DNA from: Escherichia coli
GTDB lineage: Bacteria > Pseudomonadota > Gammaproteobacteria > Enterobacterales > Enterobacteriaceae
DNA length: 64,000 bases
Strand: one strand, 5' to 3'
Assembly (NCBI RefSeq): GCF_003334765.1
Contig: NZ_QOWT01000005.1
This document shows positions 25,251 to 37,252 of the stretch, piece after piece; within the stretch, counting starts at the first letter, position 1, and each line of letters begins with the position of its first letter. The notes under the pieces are model-generated. The model saw only the letters and a list, made by a program, of their open reading frames with translations. It did not search any database and was not told the origin of the DNA. A program made the translations under genes and the position numbers.

Positions 25251-26207
25251 ATGCTACAAAATTGCGCACAATCAAATTGCCGCATTATTCCTAAGAAATT
25301 ACGCGATATGAAACGTGAAGAGATTTGCCGCTTGCTGGCGGATAAAGTTAATAAACTGAAAAATAAAGAAAATAGTTTGTCAGAACTGTTGCCCGATGTG
25401 CGTTTGTTGTATGGCGAGACACCTTTCGCACGTACACCGGTGATGTACGAGCCTGGCATCATAATTCTCTTTTCCGGGCATAAAATCGGTTATATCAATG
25501 AACGCGTGTTTCGTTATGATGCCAATGAATACCTGCTGCTGACGGTGCCGTTGCCGTTTGAGTGCGAAACCTATGCCACGTCAGAGGTGCCGCTGGCAGG
25601 GTTGCGTCTCAATGTCGATATTTTGCAGTTACAGGAACTGTTGATGGACATTGGCGAAGATGAGCATTTCCAGCCGTCGATGGCAGCCAGCGGGATTAAC
25701 TCCGCCACGTTATCAGAAGAGATTTTATGCGCGGCGGAGCGGTTACTCGACGTGATGGAGCGACCACTGGATGCGCGTATTCTCGGCAAACAGATCATCC
25801 GCGAAATTCTGTACTACGTGCTGACCGGACCTTGCGGCGGCGCGTTACTGGCGCTGGTCAGTCGCCAGACTCACTTCAGTCTGATTAGCCGCGTGCTGAA
25901 ACGGATTGAGAATAAATACACCGAAAACCTGAGCGTCGAGCAACTGGCGGCAGAAGCCAACATGAGCGTATCGGCGTTCCACCATAATTTTAAGTCTGTC
26001 ACCAGCACCTCGCCGTTGCAGTATTTGAAGAATTACCGTCTGCATAAGGCGCGGATGATGATCATCCATGACGGCATGAAGGCCAGCGCAGCAGCGATGC
26101 GCGTCGGCTATGAAAGCGCATCGCAATTTAGCCGTGAGTTTAAACGTTACTTCGGTGTGACGCCGGGGGAAGATGCGGCAAGAATGCGGGCGATGCAGGG
26201 GAATTAA
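25251..26207 (+). CDS. yqhC: AraC-family transcriptional activator YqhC
   Basis: ORF 25080-26207; start chosen at ATG 25251 (MLQNCAQ..., 318 aa); C-terminal AraC HTH; divergent from yqhD. Confidence 0.85.
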   Translation: MLQNCAQSNCRIIPKKLRDMKREEICRLLADKVNKLKNKENSLSELLPDVRLLYGETPFARTPVMYEPGIIILFSGHKIGYINERVFRYDANEYLLLTVPLPFECETYATSEVPLAGLRLNVDILQLQELLMDIGEDEHFQPSMAASGINSATLSEEILCAAERLLDVMERPLDARILGKQIIREILYYVLTGPCGGALLALVSRQTHFSLISRVLKRIENKYTENLSVEQLAAEANMSVSAFHHNFKSVTSTSPLQYLKNYRLHKARMMIIHDGMKASAAAMRVGYESASQFSREFKRYFGVTPGEDAARMRAMQGN

Positions 26208-26246
26208 ATACGTTCCCGGTACAGCAGCCGGGAACGGGGAAAATCG

Positions 26247-26906
26247 TCAGGCGTTACAGTATTTTTTTTTAATCACCACAAACAGCGTGCCTAACAAGCC
26301 AGCGGTTAACAAGGCAATTGGCAGGATCATCAGGAACGTCATTACCTGATCTTCATGGCGTTTAACGAACGGAATCATACTTAAGGCATAGCCAAAACTG
26401 GTTACCACGCTGACCCACAGCAATCCACTTAACCAGTTGAAAAACTGGAAGCGGCGGTTTGGCAGACCGGAAATTCCCGCCATGGTTGGCAGCAGCGTAC
26501 GGACAAATGCAAGAAAACGTCCAGCCAGCAGCGCCAGCAGACCGTGGCGGTCAAACATGCAGGTGGCGCGCTGGTGATATTTAGCAGGAAGCTGTGCCAG
26601 CCAGCCTTTCACCGTTTTGGTATTCCCTAACCAGCGCCCCTGAATATAACTTAGCCAGCAGCCCAGACTTGCTGCGGCGGTCAGAATCGCAATCGTAGGC
26701 AGAAAATCCATAACCCCCTGGGCAATCAATGCGCCTGCCAGTATCAACAAGCTGTCGCCTGGCAAAAATGAGGCGGGCAGCAGGCCGTTTTCTAAAAACA
26801 GCGTGGCAAACATGACAAAGTAAACAACGCTAACAATATGAGGATCCGCCAGCGCGGCAAAGTCGTGTTGCCAGAGCGCAGCGATGATATCTTGAATAAC
26901 AGCCAT
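26247..26906 (-). CDS. yghB: DedA-family inner membrane protein YghB
   Basis: 219 aa polytopic membrane ORF. Confidence 0.85.
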
Positions 26907-27045
26907 GGACTTTCCTGTGGAACAGCGTTTAAGCCTTTATCTGCCTATTGTACTCCTGATTCGTCCGGGACGCCTTGATCCCGGACGCAACAATTTAAGA
27001 CTTTTCACAATTAAATGTCTGCAAAATTGTCCAAAAGTGGCAATG

Positions 27046-28233
27046 TTATACAATTCGCGCAAAACCGGCGTCCAGATCGGCAATCAGATCGTCGACATCT
27101 TCCAGACCAATATGCAGGCGAATCAAGGTCCCGCTAAAATCGATCTCGCCTTGTGGGCGAATGGCGGCGATATGTTCTGGTTGATTCGCCAGGATCAACG
27201 ATTCATACCCGCCCCACGAGTAGGCCATGCTGAATAAACTGAAGTTATCCAGATAGTTCGCCAGCTCTTCATTACTGAGTTTTTTCTTAAGCACAAAGGA
27301 AAATAGCCCGCTGCTACCTGTAAAGTCTCGTTTCCAGAATTCGTGGCCTTTACTGCCAGGCAGAGCAGGGTGGTTAACTCGCGCTACTTGCGGATGTTCT
27401 GCCAGCCATTCAGCCACTTTCAGACTGCTTTCATGATGTTGACGCAGGCGAACACCCAAAGTGCGCAGGCCACGGCTGGTTATATAGGCGGTATCGGCAT
27501 CGACCATCTGGCCCATCAGATAGGCATTCTCCCGCAGCTGCTCCCAGCAACGGGCATTGCACACGGCAGTGCCAATCATCGCATCTGAATGCCCAACCAG
27601 ATATTTGGTAGCGGCCTGAATGGAAACATCAATGCCAAAATCCAGCGCCTTAAACAGCACACCGGCTGCCCAGGTGTTGTCGATCATAATGATGGCATCC
27701 GGCACCACACTGCGTACGGCGGCAACAATCGCCGGAACGTCGTGGACTTCCATGGTGATGGAGCCTGGCGATTCCAGAAACACGATTTTAGTGTTTGGCT
27801 GCAGATGCTTAACGATATCGGCACCAATCAGTGGATCAAACCACGATGTCGTTACGCCCAGTTTGCTGAGGATTTTGCTACAGAAATCCTGACTCGGTTC
27901 ATAGGCGGTGTTGGTCATCAACACATGATCGCCCTGTTCGACAAAAGCAAGAATCGAATTAGCAACCGCCGCCGCCCCGCAGGGAAATAGCGCGCAGCCT
28001 GCGCCACCTTCCAGTTCACACATCGCTTGTTGTAAGGAAAAATGGGTTAACGTTCCGCGCCGCCCATAGAACAACTCGCCATTGGCGCGATTGCGTGTCG
28101 CGTGCTTTTTGGCTTCCACACTGTCAAAGACCAGCGAAGAAGCGCGCTGAATCACGCTATTTACCGCGCCGAGAGTGTATTTTTTGCTGCGTCCTGCATT
28201 CACCAGTTGAGTATCAAGCTTTTTGTCCGCCAT
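27046..28233 (-). CDS. metC: Cystathionine beta-lyase MetC (PLP-dependent)
   Basis: ORF 27046-28368; start chosen at [15 protein letters not shown] (395 aa). Confidence 0.9.
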   Translation of the reverse strand: MADKKLDTQLVNAGRSKKYTLGAVNSVIQRASSLVFDSVEAKKHATRNRANGELFYGRRGTLTHFSLQQAMCELEGGAGCALFPCGAAAVANSILAFVEQGDHVLMTNTAYEPSQDFCSKILSKLGVTTSWFDPLIGADIVKHLQPNTKIVFLESPGSITMEVHDVPAIVAAVRSVVPDAIIMIDNTWAAGVLFKALDFGIDVSIQAATKYLVGHSDAMIGTAVCNARCWEQLRENAYLMGQMVDADTAYITSRGLRTLGVRLRQHHESSLKVAEWLAEHPQVARVNHPALPGSKGHEFWKRDFTGSSGLFSFVLKKKLSNEELANYLDNFSLFSMAYSWGGYESLILANQPEHIAAIRPQGEIDFSGTLIRLHIGLEDVDDLIADLDAGFARIV

Positions 28234-28251
28234 GTCGGGATTCCTGTTTTT

Positions 28252-28267
28252 ATACGTCTGGATGTCT
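28252..28267 (-). promoter_or_regulatory. Two tandem metbox-like octamers (AGACATCC AGACGTAT on the minus strand) just upstream of metC; candidate MetJ operator
   Basis: Read directly; each octamer resembles the AGACGTCT metbox consensus; located 19-34 nt upstream of the metC start. Confidence 0.4.
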
Positions 28268-28395
28268 AAACTAGCATGAATATTCGCGGGCGCATCCTGA
28301 AGAATTGGCATAAAGCAGAAAATTTTCGCAAATGGCGTGCTGGTGACTTTTTTACTGCGTAAACGCAAGGAAAAGAAAGCAAAGGTACGGCAGTA

Positions 28396-28425
28396 TGCAA
28401 ATAGTAATGAGAACGACTATCAATT
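28396..28425 (+). promoter_or_regulatory. Fur-box-like AT-rich element upstream of exbB
   Basis: TGCAAATAGTAATGAGAACGACTATCAATT loosely resembles GATAATGATAATCATTATC; exbBD is Fur-regulated in E. coli. Confidence 0.3.
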
Positions 28426-28484
28426 CGACGTCGTTTTGATATTATTATGCGCAGATTTTGTGACTTGCGTCCTGGAGATACACA

Positions 28485-29219
28485 GTGGGTAATAATTTAA
28501 TGCAGACGGACCTTTCCGTCTGGGGTATGTATCAGCACGCCGATATTGTCGTTAAGTGCGTGATGATTGGGCTTATTTTGGCCTCCGTAGTCACCTGGGC
28601 AATCTTCTTCAGTAAGAGCGTAGAGTTCTTCAATCAGAAGCGTCGCCTTAAGCGCGAGCAGCAACTGCTGGCTGAAGCGCGTTCCTTAAACCAGGCCAAC
28701 GATATCGCCGCTGATTTTGGTAGCAAAAGCTTAAGCCTGCATTTGCTCAATGAAGCGCAGAATGAGCTGGAACTGTCAGAAGGCAGCGACGATAACGAAG
28801 GTATTAAAGAACGTACCAGCTTCCGTCTGGAGCGTCGGGTCGCCGCAGTAGGTCGTCAAATGGGCCGCGGTAACGGCTATCTGGCAACCATCGGCGCGAT
28901 TTCGCCGTTCGTTGGTCTGTTTGGTACGGTCTGGGGCATCATGAACAGCTTTATTGGTATCGCGCAAACGCAGACCACTAACCTGGCAGTCGTTGCGCCG
29001 GGTATCGCAGAAGCTCTGTTAGCAACGGCAATCGGCCTCGTGGCAGCGATTCCTGCGGTCGTTATCTATAACGTATTTGCACGCCAGATTGGCGGCTTTA
29101 AAGCGATGCTGGGTGATGTTGCAGCGCAGGTATTGTTGCTGCAAAGCCGTGACCTGGATCTGGAAGCCAGCGCCGCTGCGCATCCGGTTCGTGTCGCACA
29201 AAAATTACGCGCAGGATAA
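28485..29219 (+). CDS. exbB: TonB-system proton channel ExbB
   Basis: 244 aa; MotA/TolQ/ExbB family. Confidence 0.95.
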   Translation: MGNNLMQTDLSVWGMYQHADIVVKCVMIGLILASVVTWAIFFSKSVEFFNQKRRLKREQQLLAEARSLNQANDIAADFGSKSLSLHLLNEAQNELELSEGSDDNEGIKERTSFRLERRVAAVGRQMGRGNGYLATIGAISPFVGLFGTVWGIMNSFIGIAQTQTTNLAVVAPGIAEALLATAIGLVAAIPAVVIYNVFARQIGGFKAMLGDVAAQVLLLQSRDLDLEASAAAHPVRVAQKLRAG

Positions 29220-29225
29220 TATCCG

Positions 29226-29651
29226 ATGGCAAAGCATCTTAACGAAAACCTCGACGATAACGGCGAAATGCATGATATCAACGTGACGCCGTTTATCGAC
29301 GTGATGTTGGTTCTGCTGATTATCTTTATGGTGGCGGCACCGTTAGCGACGGTAGATGTGAAGGTGAACTTGCCTGCTTCTACCAGCACGCCGCAGCCGC
29401 GCCCGGAAAAACCGGTTTATCTGTCGGTGAAGGCAGACAACTCGATGTTTATCGGTAACGATCCGGTCACCGATGAAACAATGATTACGGCGTTGAATGC
29501 GTTAACCGAAGGCAAGAAAGATACCACCATCTTCTTCCGAGCGGACAAAACCGTCGATTACGAGACGTTGATGAAGGTAATGGATACGCTGCATCAGGCG
29601 GGTTACCTGAAGATAGGTCTGGTTGGCGAAGAAACTGCCAAAGCGAAATAA
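29226..29651 (+). CDS. exbD: TonB-system component ExbD
   Basis: 141 aa; single N-terminal TM segment. Confidence 0.95.
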   Translation: MAKHLNENLDDNGEMHDINVTPFIDVMLVLLIIFMVAAPLATVDVKVNLPASTSTPQPRPEKPVYLSVKADNSMFIGNDPVTDETMITALNALTEGKKDTTIFFRADKTVDYETLMKVMDTLHQAGYLKIGLVGEETAKAK

Positions 29652-29656
29652 AAATG

Positions 29657-29691
29657 ATGCCCGGTTGCTTTTCACAACCGGGCATTTTTTT
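29657..29691. terminator. Bidirectional intrinsic terminator between exbD and yghA (ATGCCCGGTTG-7 nt-CAACCGGGCAT plus T7)
   Basis: 11-bp perfect stem followed by a T-run, read directly. Confidence 0.8.
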
Positions 29692-30574
29692 AACCTAAAT
29701 GCTCGCCGCCGCACACGCCGTGCACTTCTGCGGTGACGTAGCTCGATTCCTGACTTGCCAGATAAACATATACAGGGGCCAGTTCCGCCGGTTGTCCCGC
29801 ACGTTTCATCGGCGTTTGCTGACCAAACTGCGGGATCTTATCCTGCGTTTGCCCGCCGGAAATTTGCAGTGCTGTCCAGATCGGGCCAGGTGCAACAATA
29901 TTCACACGAATACCTTTCTCCGCGACCTGTTTTGCCAGGCCACGGCTGTAGTTCAGAATCGCCGCCTTCGTAGCCGCATAGTCCAGTAAATGCGGGCTTG
30001 GCTGGTATGCCTGGATTGACGAAGTGGTGATAATACTTGCACCTTTCGGTAGCAGGGGGATCGCTTCCTGGGTTAGCCAGAACAGCGCGAAAACGTTAAT
30101 GGCAAAGGTCTTTTGAAACTGTTCGCTGGTGAGGTCTGCAATATCAGGAATGGCAACCTGTTTCCCGGCGACCAGCGCCATAATATCCAGCCCGCCTAAG
30201 GCCTTATGCGCTTCGTGAACCAGCGAACGGGCAAATTTCTCATCGCTTAAATCGCCTGGCAGCAGAACGGCTTTGCGTCCGCATTCTTCAATGATCTTTT
30301 TCACATCCTGAGCGTCTTCTTCTTCCACGGGAAGATAACTGATCGCCACGTCAGCCCCTTCACGCGCGTAAGCGATGGCGGCAGCGCGACCGATTCCGGA
30401 ATCGCCCCCTGTCACCAGTGCTTTACGATCCTTCAGGCGACCGCTACCAACATAGGTTTTCTCGCCGCAATCCGGTACCGGTGTCATCTTCGCCTGGATG
30501 CCTGGCGTCGGTTGTTTCTGTTTGGGATATTCACCAGTGTAATACTGCGTGGTCGGGTCTTTTAAATGAGACAT
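29690..30574 (-). CDS. yghA: Short-chain dehydrogenase/reductase YghA
   Basis: 294 aa; [12 protein letters not shown] Rossmann motif. Confidence 0.85.
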
Positions 30575-30695
30575 TGTTTTTCTCCCTTCAGGTTCAACGT
30601 CCTTTAAGGGTAGACGCTCTCGATGCGTTGATAAGGGAACCAGGAAGATCCCTAAACCTCGGATTTATGCGACAAAGGTTTAACGGATATGTTGA

Positions 30696-31259
<564 letters not shown>

Positions 31260-31266
31260 TCTGATT

Positions 31267-31293
31267 CGGGCGCGGTTCTCGCGCCCGTTATTA
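31267..31293. terminator. Hairpin between yqhA and yghZ (CGGGCGCG-5 nt-CGCGCCCG)
   Basis: 8-bp GC stem read directly, followed by TTATT. Confidence 0.55.
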
Positions 31294-31298
31294 ACAGG

Positions 31299-32339
31299 TC
31301 ATTTATCGGAAGACGCCTGCCACAGATTCAGCTCGCCATCGGCGATATGCTGATCAATCTGCGCCAGCTCCTCGGTGCTAAATGTCAGATTATTCAGCGC
31401 CTGCACGTTCTCCTCAAGTTGCTCCGCGCGGCTGGCACCAATCAATACCGACGTCACTCGCTCATCTTTCAGCAACCAGCTTAACGCCATTTGCGCCATT
31501 GATTGTCCACGCTGCTGTGCCATTTCATGCAATAAGCGCAGGCTGTTGAGGTTGGCTTCGGTGAGCATTTTCGGCGTCAGACCACGAACTTTATTCCCTT
31601 CACGATGCATCCGTGAATCTTGCGGAATACCGTTGAGATATTTTCCGGTCAGCAATCCCTGAGCCAGAGGAGTAAAGGCAATGCAGCCCACGCCGTTATT
31701 TTGCAGGGTATCCAGCAGGCCGCTTTTATCCACCCAGCGGTTCAGTAAATTGTACGAAGGTTGATGAATTAACAGCGGAATTTTCCACTCGCGCAGTAAC
31801 TCGACCATTTTTTGCGTCCGCTCTGGCGAGTAAGAGGAGATCCCGACATACAGCGCCTTACCGCTTTGTACTGCATGAGCCAGCGCAGAGGCGGTTTCTT
31901 CCATCGGCGTATTTTCATCGACGCGATGAGAGTAAAAGATATCGACATACTCAAGCCCCATACGCTTCAGGCTTTGGTCGAGGCTGGCGAGCAGGTATTT
32001 ACGTGAACCGCCAGAGCCGTAAGGGCCGGGCCACATATCGTATCCGGCTTTGGTAGAGATAATCAGTTCATCGCGATAAGCGGCAAAATCCTCGCGCAGC
32101 AGGCGACCAAAGTTCTCTTCTGCGCTTCCTGGAGGCGGCCCGTAATTGTTGGCTAAATCAAAGTGCGTAATGCCTAAATCAAACGCTTTACGCAGGATCG
32201 CACGCTGTGATTCCAGCGCGTTAACGTGACCGAAATTGTGCCATAAACCGAGCGATAACGCGGGCAGGCGTAAACCACTTTTTCCGCAATAGCGGTACTG
32301 CATCTGCCCGTAACGTTCGGGATTCGCTAACCAGACCAT
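31299..32339 (-). CDS. yghZ: Aldo-keto reductase YghZ
   Basis: 346 aa; AKR family. Confidence 0.85.
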   Translation of the reverse strand: MVWLANPERYGQMQYRYCGKSGLRLPALSLGLWHNFGHVNALESQRAILRKAFDLGITHFDLANNYGPPPGSAEENFGRLLREDFAAYRDELIISTKAGYDMWPGPYGSGGSRKYLLASLDQSLKRMGLEYVDIFYSHRVDENTPMEETASALAHAVQSGKALYVGISSYSPERTQKMVELLREWKIPLLIHQPSYNLLNRWVDKSGLLDTLQNNGVGCIAFTPLAQGLLTGKYLNGIPQDSRMHREGNKVRGLTPKMLTEANLNSLRLLHEMAQQRGQSMAQMALSWLLKDERVTSVLIGASRAEQLEENVQALNNLTFSTEELAQIDQHIADGELNLWQASSDK

Positions 32340-32491
32340 GACCTCTCCTTTCCACCGTTCAATTTCGAAACAATGTTTTTAGTTTAGCGATTCGCCTGCG
32401 CGTATCCCGTAGTCTGGCTCACAGAGTGACGAAAAACTGGGCAAAAACACGTGCTTATGCTTTGCTTAAAAAACACCAACTGAGGAGTGCA

Positions 32492-33382
32492 ATGATGCCG
32501 CGTTTAACCGCCAAAGATTTCCCACAAGAGTTGCTGGATTACTACGACTATTACGCTCACGGGAAAATCTCGAAACGTGAGTTCCTCAACCTTGCGGCGA
32601 AGTATGCGGTGGGCGGGATGACGGCATTAGCGTTGTTTGATTTGCTCAAGCCAAATTATGCGCTGGCGACTCAGGTAGAGTTTACCGACCCGGAGATTGT
32701 TGCTGAGTACATCACGTATCCTTCACCAAATGGTCACGGCGAGGTACGGGGTTATCTGGTGAAACCCGCAAAAATGAGCGGCAAAACGCCAGCCGTGGTG
32801 GTGGTGCATGAGAATCGTGGACTGAATCCGTATATCGAAGATGTGGCACGGCGAGTAGCGAAGGCGGGGTATATCGCCCTGGCACCTGACGGCTTAAGTT
32901 CCGTTGGAGGTTATCCGGGTAATGACGATAAAGGTCGTGAGCTGCAACAGCAGATTGATCCAACCAAACTGATGAATGATTTCTTTGCCGCAATTGAGTT
33001 TATGCAACGCTATCCGCAAGCGACAGGCAAAGCGGGTATTACCGGATTTTGCTATGGCGGTGGTGTATCGAACGCGGCGGCTGTCGCGTATCCGGAACTG
33101 GCCTGCGCGGTGCCGTTTTATGGTCGACAGGCACCCACCGCCGATGTGGCGAAGATTGAAGCGCCTTTACTACTCCACTACGCGGAACTGGACACCCGAA
33201 TCAACGAGGGCTGGCCTGCTTACGAGGCGGCGTTGAAAGCCAATAATAAGGTCTATGAGGCGTATATCTATCCGGGGGTTAATCACGGATTCCATAATGA
33301 TTCCACGCCCCGTTATGACAAATCTGCCGCCGATCTTGCCTGGCAAAGGACGCTGAAATGGTTCGATAAATATCTCTCCTGA
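32492..33382 (+). CDS. yghX: Dienelactone-hydrolase-family protein YghX, apparently intact here
   Basis: Continuous ORF 32426-33382 (318 aa from first Met; start uncertain, MMPRLTAK at 32492 chosen); GFCYGG nucleophile motif. Confidence 0.7.
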   Translation: MMPRLTAKDFPQELLDYYDYYAHGKISKREFLNLAAKYAVGGMTALALFDLLKPNYALATQVEFTDPEIVAEYITYPSPNGHGEVRGYLVKPAKMSGKTPAVVVVHENRGLNPYIEDVARRVAKAGYIALAPDGLSSVGGYPGNDDKGRELQQQIDPTKLMNDFFAAIEFMQRYPQATGKAGITGFCYGGGVSNAAAVAYPELACAVPFYGRQAPTADVAKIEAPLLLHYAELDTRINEGWPAYEAALKANNKVYEAYIYPGVNHGFHNDSTPRYDKSAADLAWQRTLKWFDKYLS

Positions 33383-33500
33383 TAGGTTTATCTCTTACGG
33401 GATTACGTCTTAAACAAGCATGAAAAAATAGCGTGCGCAAAAGTCGTTCTTTGCCTAAAATATCGCTATATATGACAATATATAGCGAATGAGGTGAACG

Positions 33501-33788
33501 ATGAATAACCATTTTGGTAAAGGCTTAATGGCGGGATTAAAAGCAACGCATGCCGACAGTGCGGTTAATGTGACAAAATTCTGTGCCGATTATAAACGCG
33601 GTTTTGTATTAGGCTACTCACACCGGATGTACGAAAAGACCGGAGATCGCCAGCTTAGCGCCTGGGAAGCGGGTATTCTGACGCGCCGTTATGGACTGGA
33701 TAAAGAGATGGTAATGGATTTCTTTCGTGAGAATAATTCCTGTTCTACGTTGCGCTTTTTTATGGCCGGTTATCGCCTAGAAAATTGA
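33501..33788 (+). CDS. yghW: Small protein YghW (DUF2623)
   Basis: 95 aa ORF; conserved position upstream of hyb operon. Confidence 0.7.
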
Positions 33789-33976
33789 TCAAACATACGT
33801 ATTATCTTGCTTTAATTAATTACACTAATGCTTCTTCCCTTCGTTTTAGTGCCCCGCCGCAGTATCATGATATCGATAACCATAATAAATGTGTGGTAAA
33901 TGGCGCATCGATCGCATTATTGATTTTGCGATTGAGGCAAAATATATGCCAGGTCTTCGCAACGGAATAACTATAA

Positions 33977-35095
33977 ATGACTGGAGATAACACCCTCATC
34001 CATTCTCACGGCATTAACCGTCGTGATTTCATGAAGCTTTGTGCAGCATTAGCCGCCACCATGGGGTTAAGTAGCAAAGCCGCTGCAGAGATGGCCGAAT
34101 CGGTTACTAACCCGCAGCGTCCGCCAGTTATCTGGATTGGCGCGCAGGAGTGCACCGGTTGTACGGAATCTCTGCTTCGTGCAACGCATCCAACGGTAGA
34201 AAACCTCGTGCTGGAGACTATCTCTCTGGAGTATCACGAAGTGCTTTCCGCCGCCTTCGGTCATCAGGTCGAAGAGAACAAACATAACGCTCTCGAGAAG
34301 TACAAAGGGCAGTATGTGTTAGTGGTGGATGGTTCCATCCCATTAAAAGATAATGGTATTTATTGCATGGTTGCCGGTGAGCCGATTGTGGATCACATCC
34401 GCAAAGCGGCGGAAGGCGCAGCAGCCATTATCGCTATCGGTTCCTGCTCTGCGTGGGGCGGTGTTGCCGCAGCTGGAGTTAACCCAACCGGCGCAGTCAG
34501 CCTGCAAGAAGTTCTGCCGGGCAAAACTGTAATCAACATTCCTGGCTGCCCGCCGAACCCGCACAACTTCCTCGCGACCGTTGCGCACATCATCACTTAC
34601 GGCAAGCCGCCGAAACTGGATGACAAAAACCGTCCGACCTTCGCCTATGGCCGTCTGATTCACGAACACTGCGAACGTCGCCCGCACTTCGATGCTGGTC
34701 GTTTTGCCAAAGAGTTCGGTGATGAAGGCCACCGCGAAGGCTGGTGCCTGTACCACCTCGGCTGTAAAGGGCCAGAAACTTACGGCAACTGCTCAACGCT
34801 GCAATTCTGCGATGTTGGCGGTGTGTGGCCGGTGGCGATTGGTCACCCGTGCTATGGCTGTAACGAAGAAGGTATCGGCTTCCATAAAGGCATCCATCAG
34901 CTTGCCAACGTCGAAAACCAGACTCCGCGTTCACAGAAACCGGATGTTAACGCTAAAGAAGGCGGCAACGTCTCGGCAGGCGCTATTGGTTTGCTCGGCG
35001 GTGTGGTTGGGCTGGTTGCCGGTGTCAGCGTGATGGCGGTGCGTGAACTGGGTCGTCAGCAAAAGAAAGATAACGCTGACTCACGGGGAGAATAA
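33977..35095 (+). CDS. hybO: Hydrogenase 2 small subunit HybO (Tat signal)
   Basis: 372 aa; twin-arginine signal NRRDFMK; NiFe-hydrogenase small-subunit Cys motifs. Confidence 0.95.
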   Translation: MTGDNTLIHSHGINRRDFMKLCAALAATMGLSSKAAAEMAESVTNPQRPPVIWIGAQECTGCTESLLRATHPTVENLVLETISLEYHEVLSAAFGHQVEENKHNALEKYKGQYVLVVDGSIPLKDNGIYCMVAGEPIVDHIRKAAEGAAAIIAIGSCSAWGGVAAAGVNPTGAVSLQEVLPGKTVINIPGCPPNPHNFLATVAHIITYGKPPKLDDKNRPTFAYGRLIHEHCERRPHFDAGRFAKEFGDEGHREGWCLYHLGCKGPETYGNCSTLQFCDVGGVWPVAIGHPCYGCNEEGIGFHKGIHQLANVENQTPRSQKPDVNAKEGGNVSAGAIGLLGGVVGLVAGVSVMAVRELGRQQKKDNADSRGE

Positions 35096-35097
35096 CC

Positions 35098-36084
35098 GTG
35101 AACAGACGTAATTTTATTAAAGCAGCCTCCTGCGGGGCATTGCTGACGGGCGCGCTGCCGTCTGTCAGTCATGCGGCTGCTGAAAACCGCCCGCCAATTC
35201 CGGGATCGCTGGGGATGTTGTACGACTCGACCTTGTGCGTTGGCTGCCAGGCGTGCGTCACCAAGTGTCAGGATATCAATTTCCCTGAACGTAACCCGCA
35301 AGGGGAACAGACCTGGTCGAACAACGACAAACTGTCGCCGTACACCAATAACATCATTCAGGTGTGGACCAGCGGCACAGGGGTCAACAAAGACCAGGAG
35401 GAGAACGGCTACGCGTACATTAAGAAACAGTGTATGCACTGCGTCGATCCGAACTGTGTCTCTGTGTGCCCGGTCTCTGCACTGAAAAAAGATCCGAAAA
35501 CCGGCATTGTCCATTACGACAAAGACGTGTGCACCGGTTGCCGTTACTGCATGGTTGCCTGTCCGTACAACGTGCCGAAGTACGACTACAACAACCCGTT
35601 TGGTGCGCTGCATAAGTGCGAGCTGTGCAACCAGAAAGGTGTGGAACGTCTCGATAAAGGCGGTCTGCCTGGCTGCGTAGAAGTGTGCCCGGCGGGCGCG
35701 GTGATTTTTGGTACGCGTGAAGAGCTGATGGCGGAGGCGAAAAAACGTCTGGCGCTGAAGCCGGGCAGCGAATACCACTATCCGCGTCAGACGCTGAAAT
35801 CTGGCGACACTTACCTGCATACGGTGCCGAAATATTATCCGCATCTGTACGGCGAGAAAGAGGGCGGCGGTACTCAGGTTCTGGTACTGACGGGTGTGCC
35901 TTATGAAAATCTCGACCTGCCGAAACTGGACGATCTTTCTACTGGTGCGCGTTCCGAAAATATTCAACACACCTTGTATAAAGGCATGATGCTACCACTG
36001 GCTGTGCTGGCGGGCTTAACCGTGCTGGTTCGTCGCAACACTAAAAACGACCATCACGACGGAGGAGACGATCATGAGTCATGA
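35098..36084 (+). CDS. hybA: Hydrogenase 2 ferredoxin-type subunit HybA (Tat signal, 4Fe-4S)
   Basis: 328 aa; MNRRNFIK Tat motif; multiple CxxCxxCxxxCP clusters. Confidence 0.95.
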
Positions 36085-37252
36085 TCCACAACCGCTGGGC
36101 GGCAAAATCATCAGTAAACCGGTCATGATTTTTGGACCGTTAATCGTCATCTGTATGCTCCTGATTGTGAAGCGTCTGGTGTTCGGTCTGGGCTCTGTCT
36201 CCGACCTGAACGGCGGCTTCCCGTGGGGCGTGTGGATCGCGTTTGACCTGCTGATCGGTACCGGCTTTGCCTGTGGCGGCTGGGCGCTGGCGTGGGCAGT
36301 ATACGTCTTTAACCGTGGGCAATACCATCCGCTGGTGCGTCCGGCGCTGTTGGCGAGTCTGTTCGGTTACTCCTTGGGTGGCTTGTCGATCACCATCGAC
36401 GTGGGTCGCTACTGGAACCTGCCGTACTTCTACATTCCGGGTCACTTCAACGTGAACTCGGTACTGTTCGAGACGGCGGTCTGTATGACCATCTATATCG
36501 GCGTGATGGCACTGGAGTTTGCTCCGGCACTGTTTGAACGTCTGGGCTGGAAGGTGTCGCTACAGCGTCTGAACAAGGTGATGTTCTTCATCATTGCACT
36601 TGGCGCGCTGCTGCCGACCATGCACCAGTCTTCAATGGGGTCGCTGATGATCTCGGCGGGCTACAAGGTGCATCCGCTGTGGCAAAGCTATGAAATGTTG
36701 CCGCTGTTCTCGCTGCTGACGGCGTTCATCATGGGCTTCTCAATTGTCATCTTTGAAGGTTCGCTGGTGCAGGCGGGTCTGCGTGGCAACGGTCCGGATG
36801 AAAAGAGTCTGTTCGTTAAGCTGACCAACACCATCAGTGTGTTGCTGGCGATTTTCATCGTGCTGCGCTTTGGCGAGCTTATCTATCGCGACAAGCTGTC
36901 GTTAGCGTTTGCCGGTGACTTCTACTCCGTGATGTTCTGGATTGAAGTCCTGCTGATGCTCTTCCCGCTGGTCGTTCTGCGTGTGGCGAAGTTGCGTAAT
37001 GATTCCCGCATGCTGTTCCTGTCAGCACTGAGCGCGCTGTTAGGTTGTGCAACCTGGCGTCTGACCTATTCGCTGGTGGCATTCAACCCGGGCGGCGGTT
37101 ACGCCTACTTCCCGACCTGGGAAGAACTGTTGATTTCTATTGGTTTTGTGGCTATTGAGATTTGCGCTTACATCGTACTCATTCGTCTACTGCCGATACT
37201 TCCTCCTTTAAAACAAAACGATCATAATCGTCATGAGGCGAGCAAAGCATGA
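36074..37252 (+). CDS. hybB: Hydrogenase 2 integral membrane subunit HybB
   Basis: 392 aa polytopic membrane protein (NrfD/PsrC-like). Confidence 0.9.

Noticed and set aside
33785-33970. 61 aa ORF in the hyb upstream region
   Set aside because: It lies in an AT-rich regulatory leader with no ribosome-binding site or conservation signal; more likely non-coding promoter DNA.
35056-35970. 304 aa antisense ORF inside hybA
   Set aside because: Shadow ORF opposite the Cys-rich ferredoxin gene; Arg-rich low-complexity translation.
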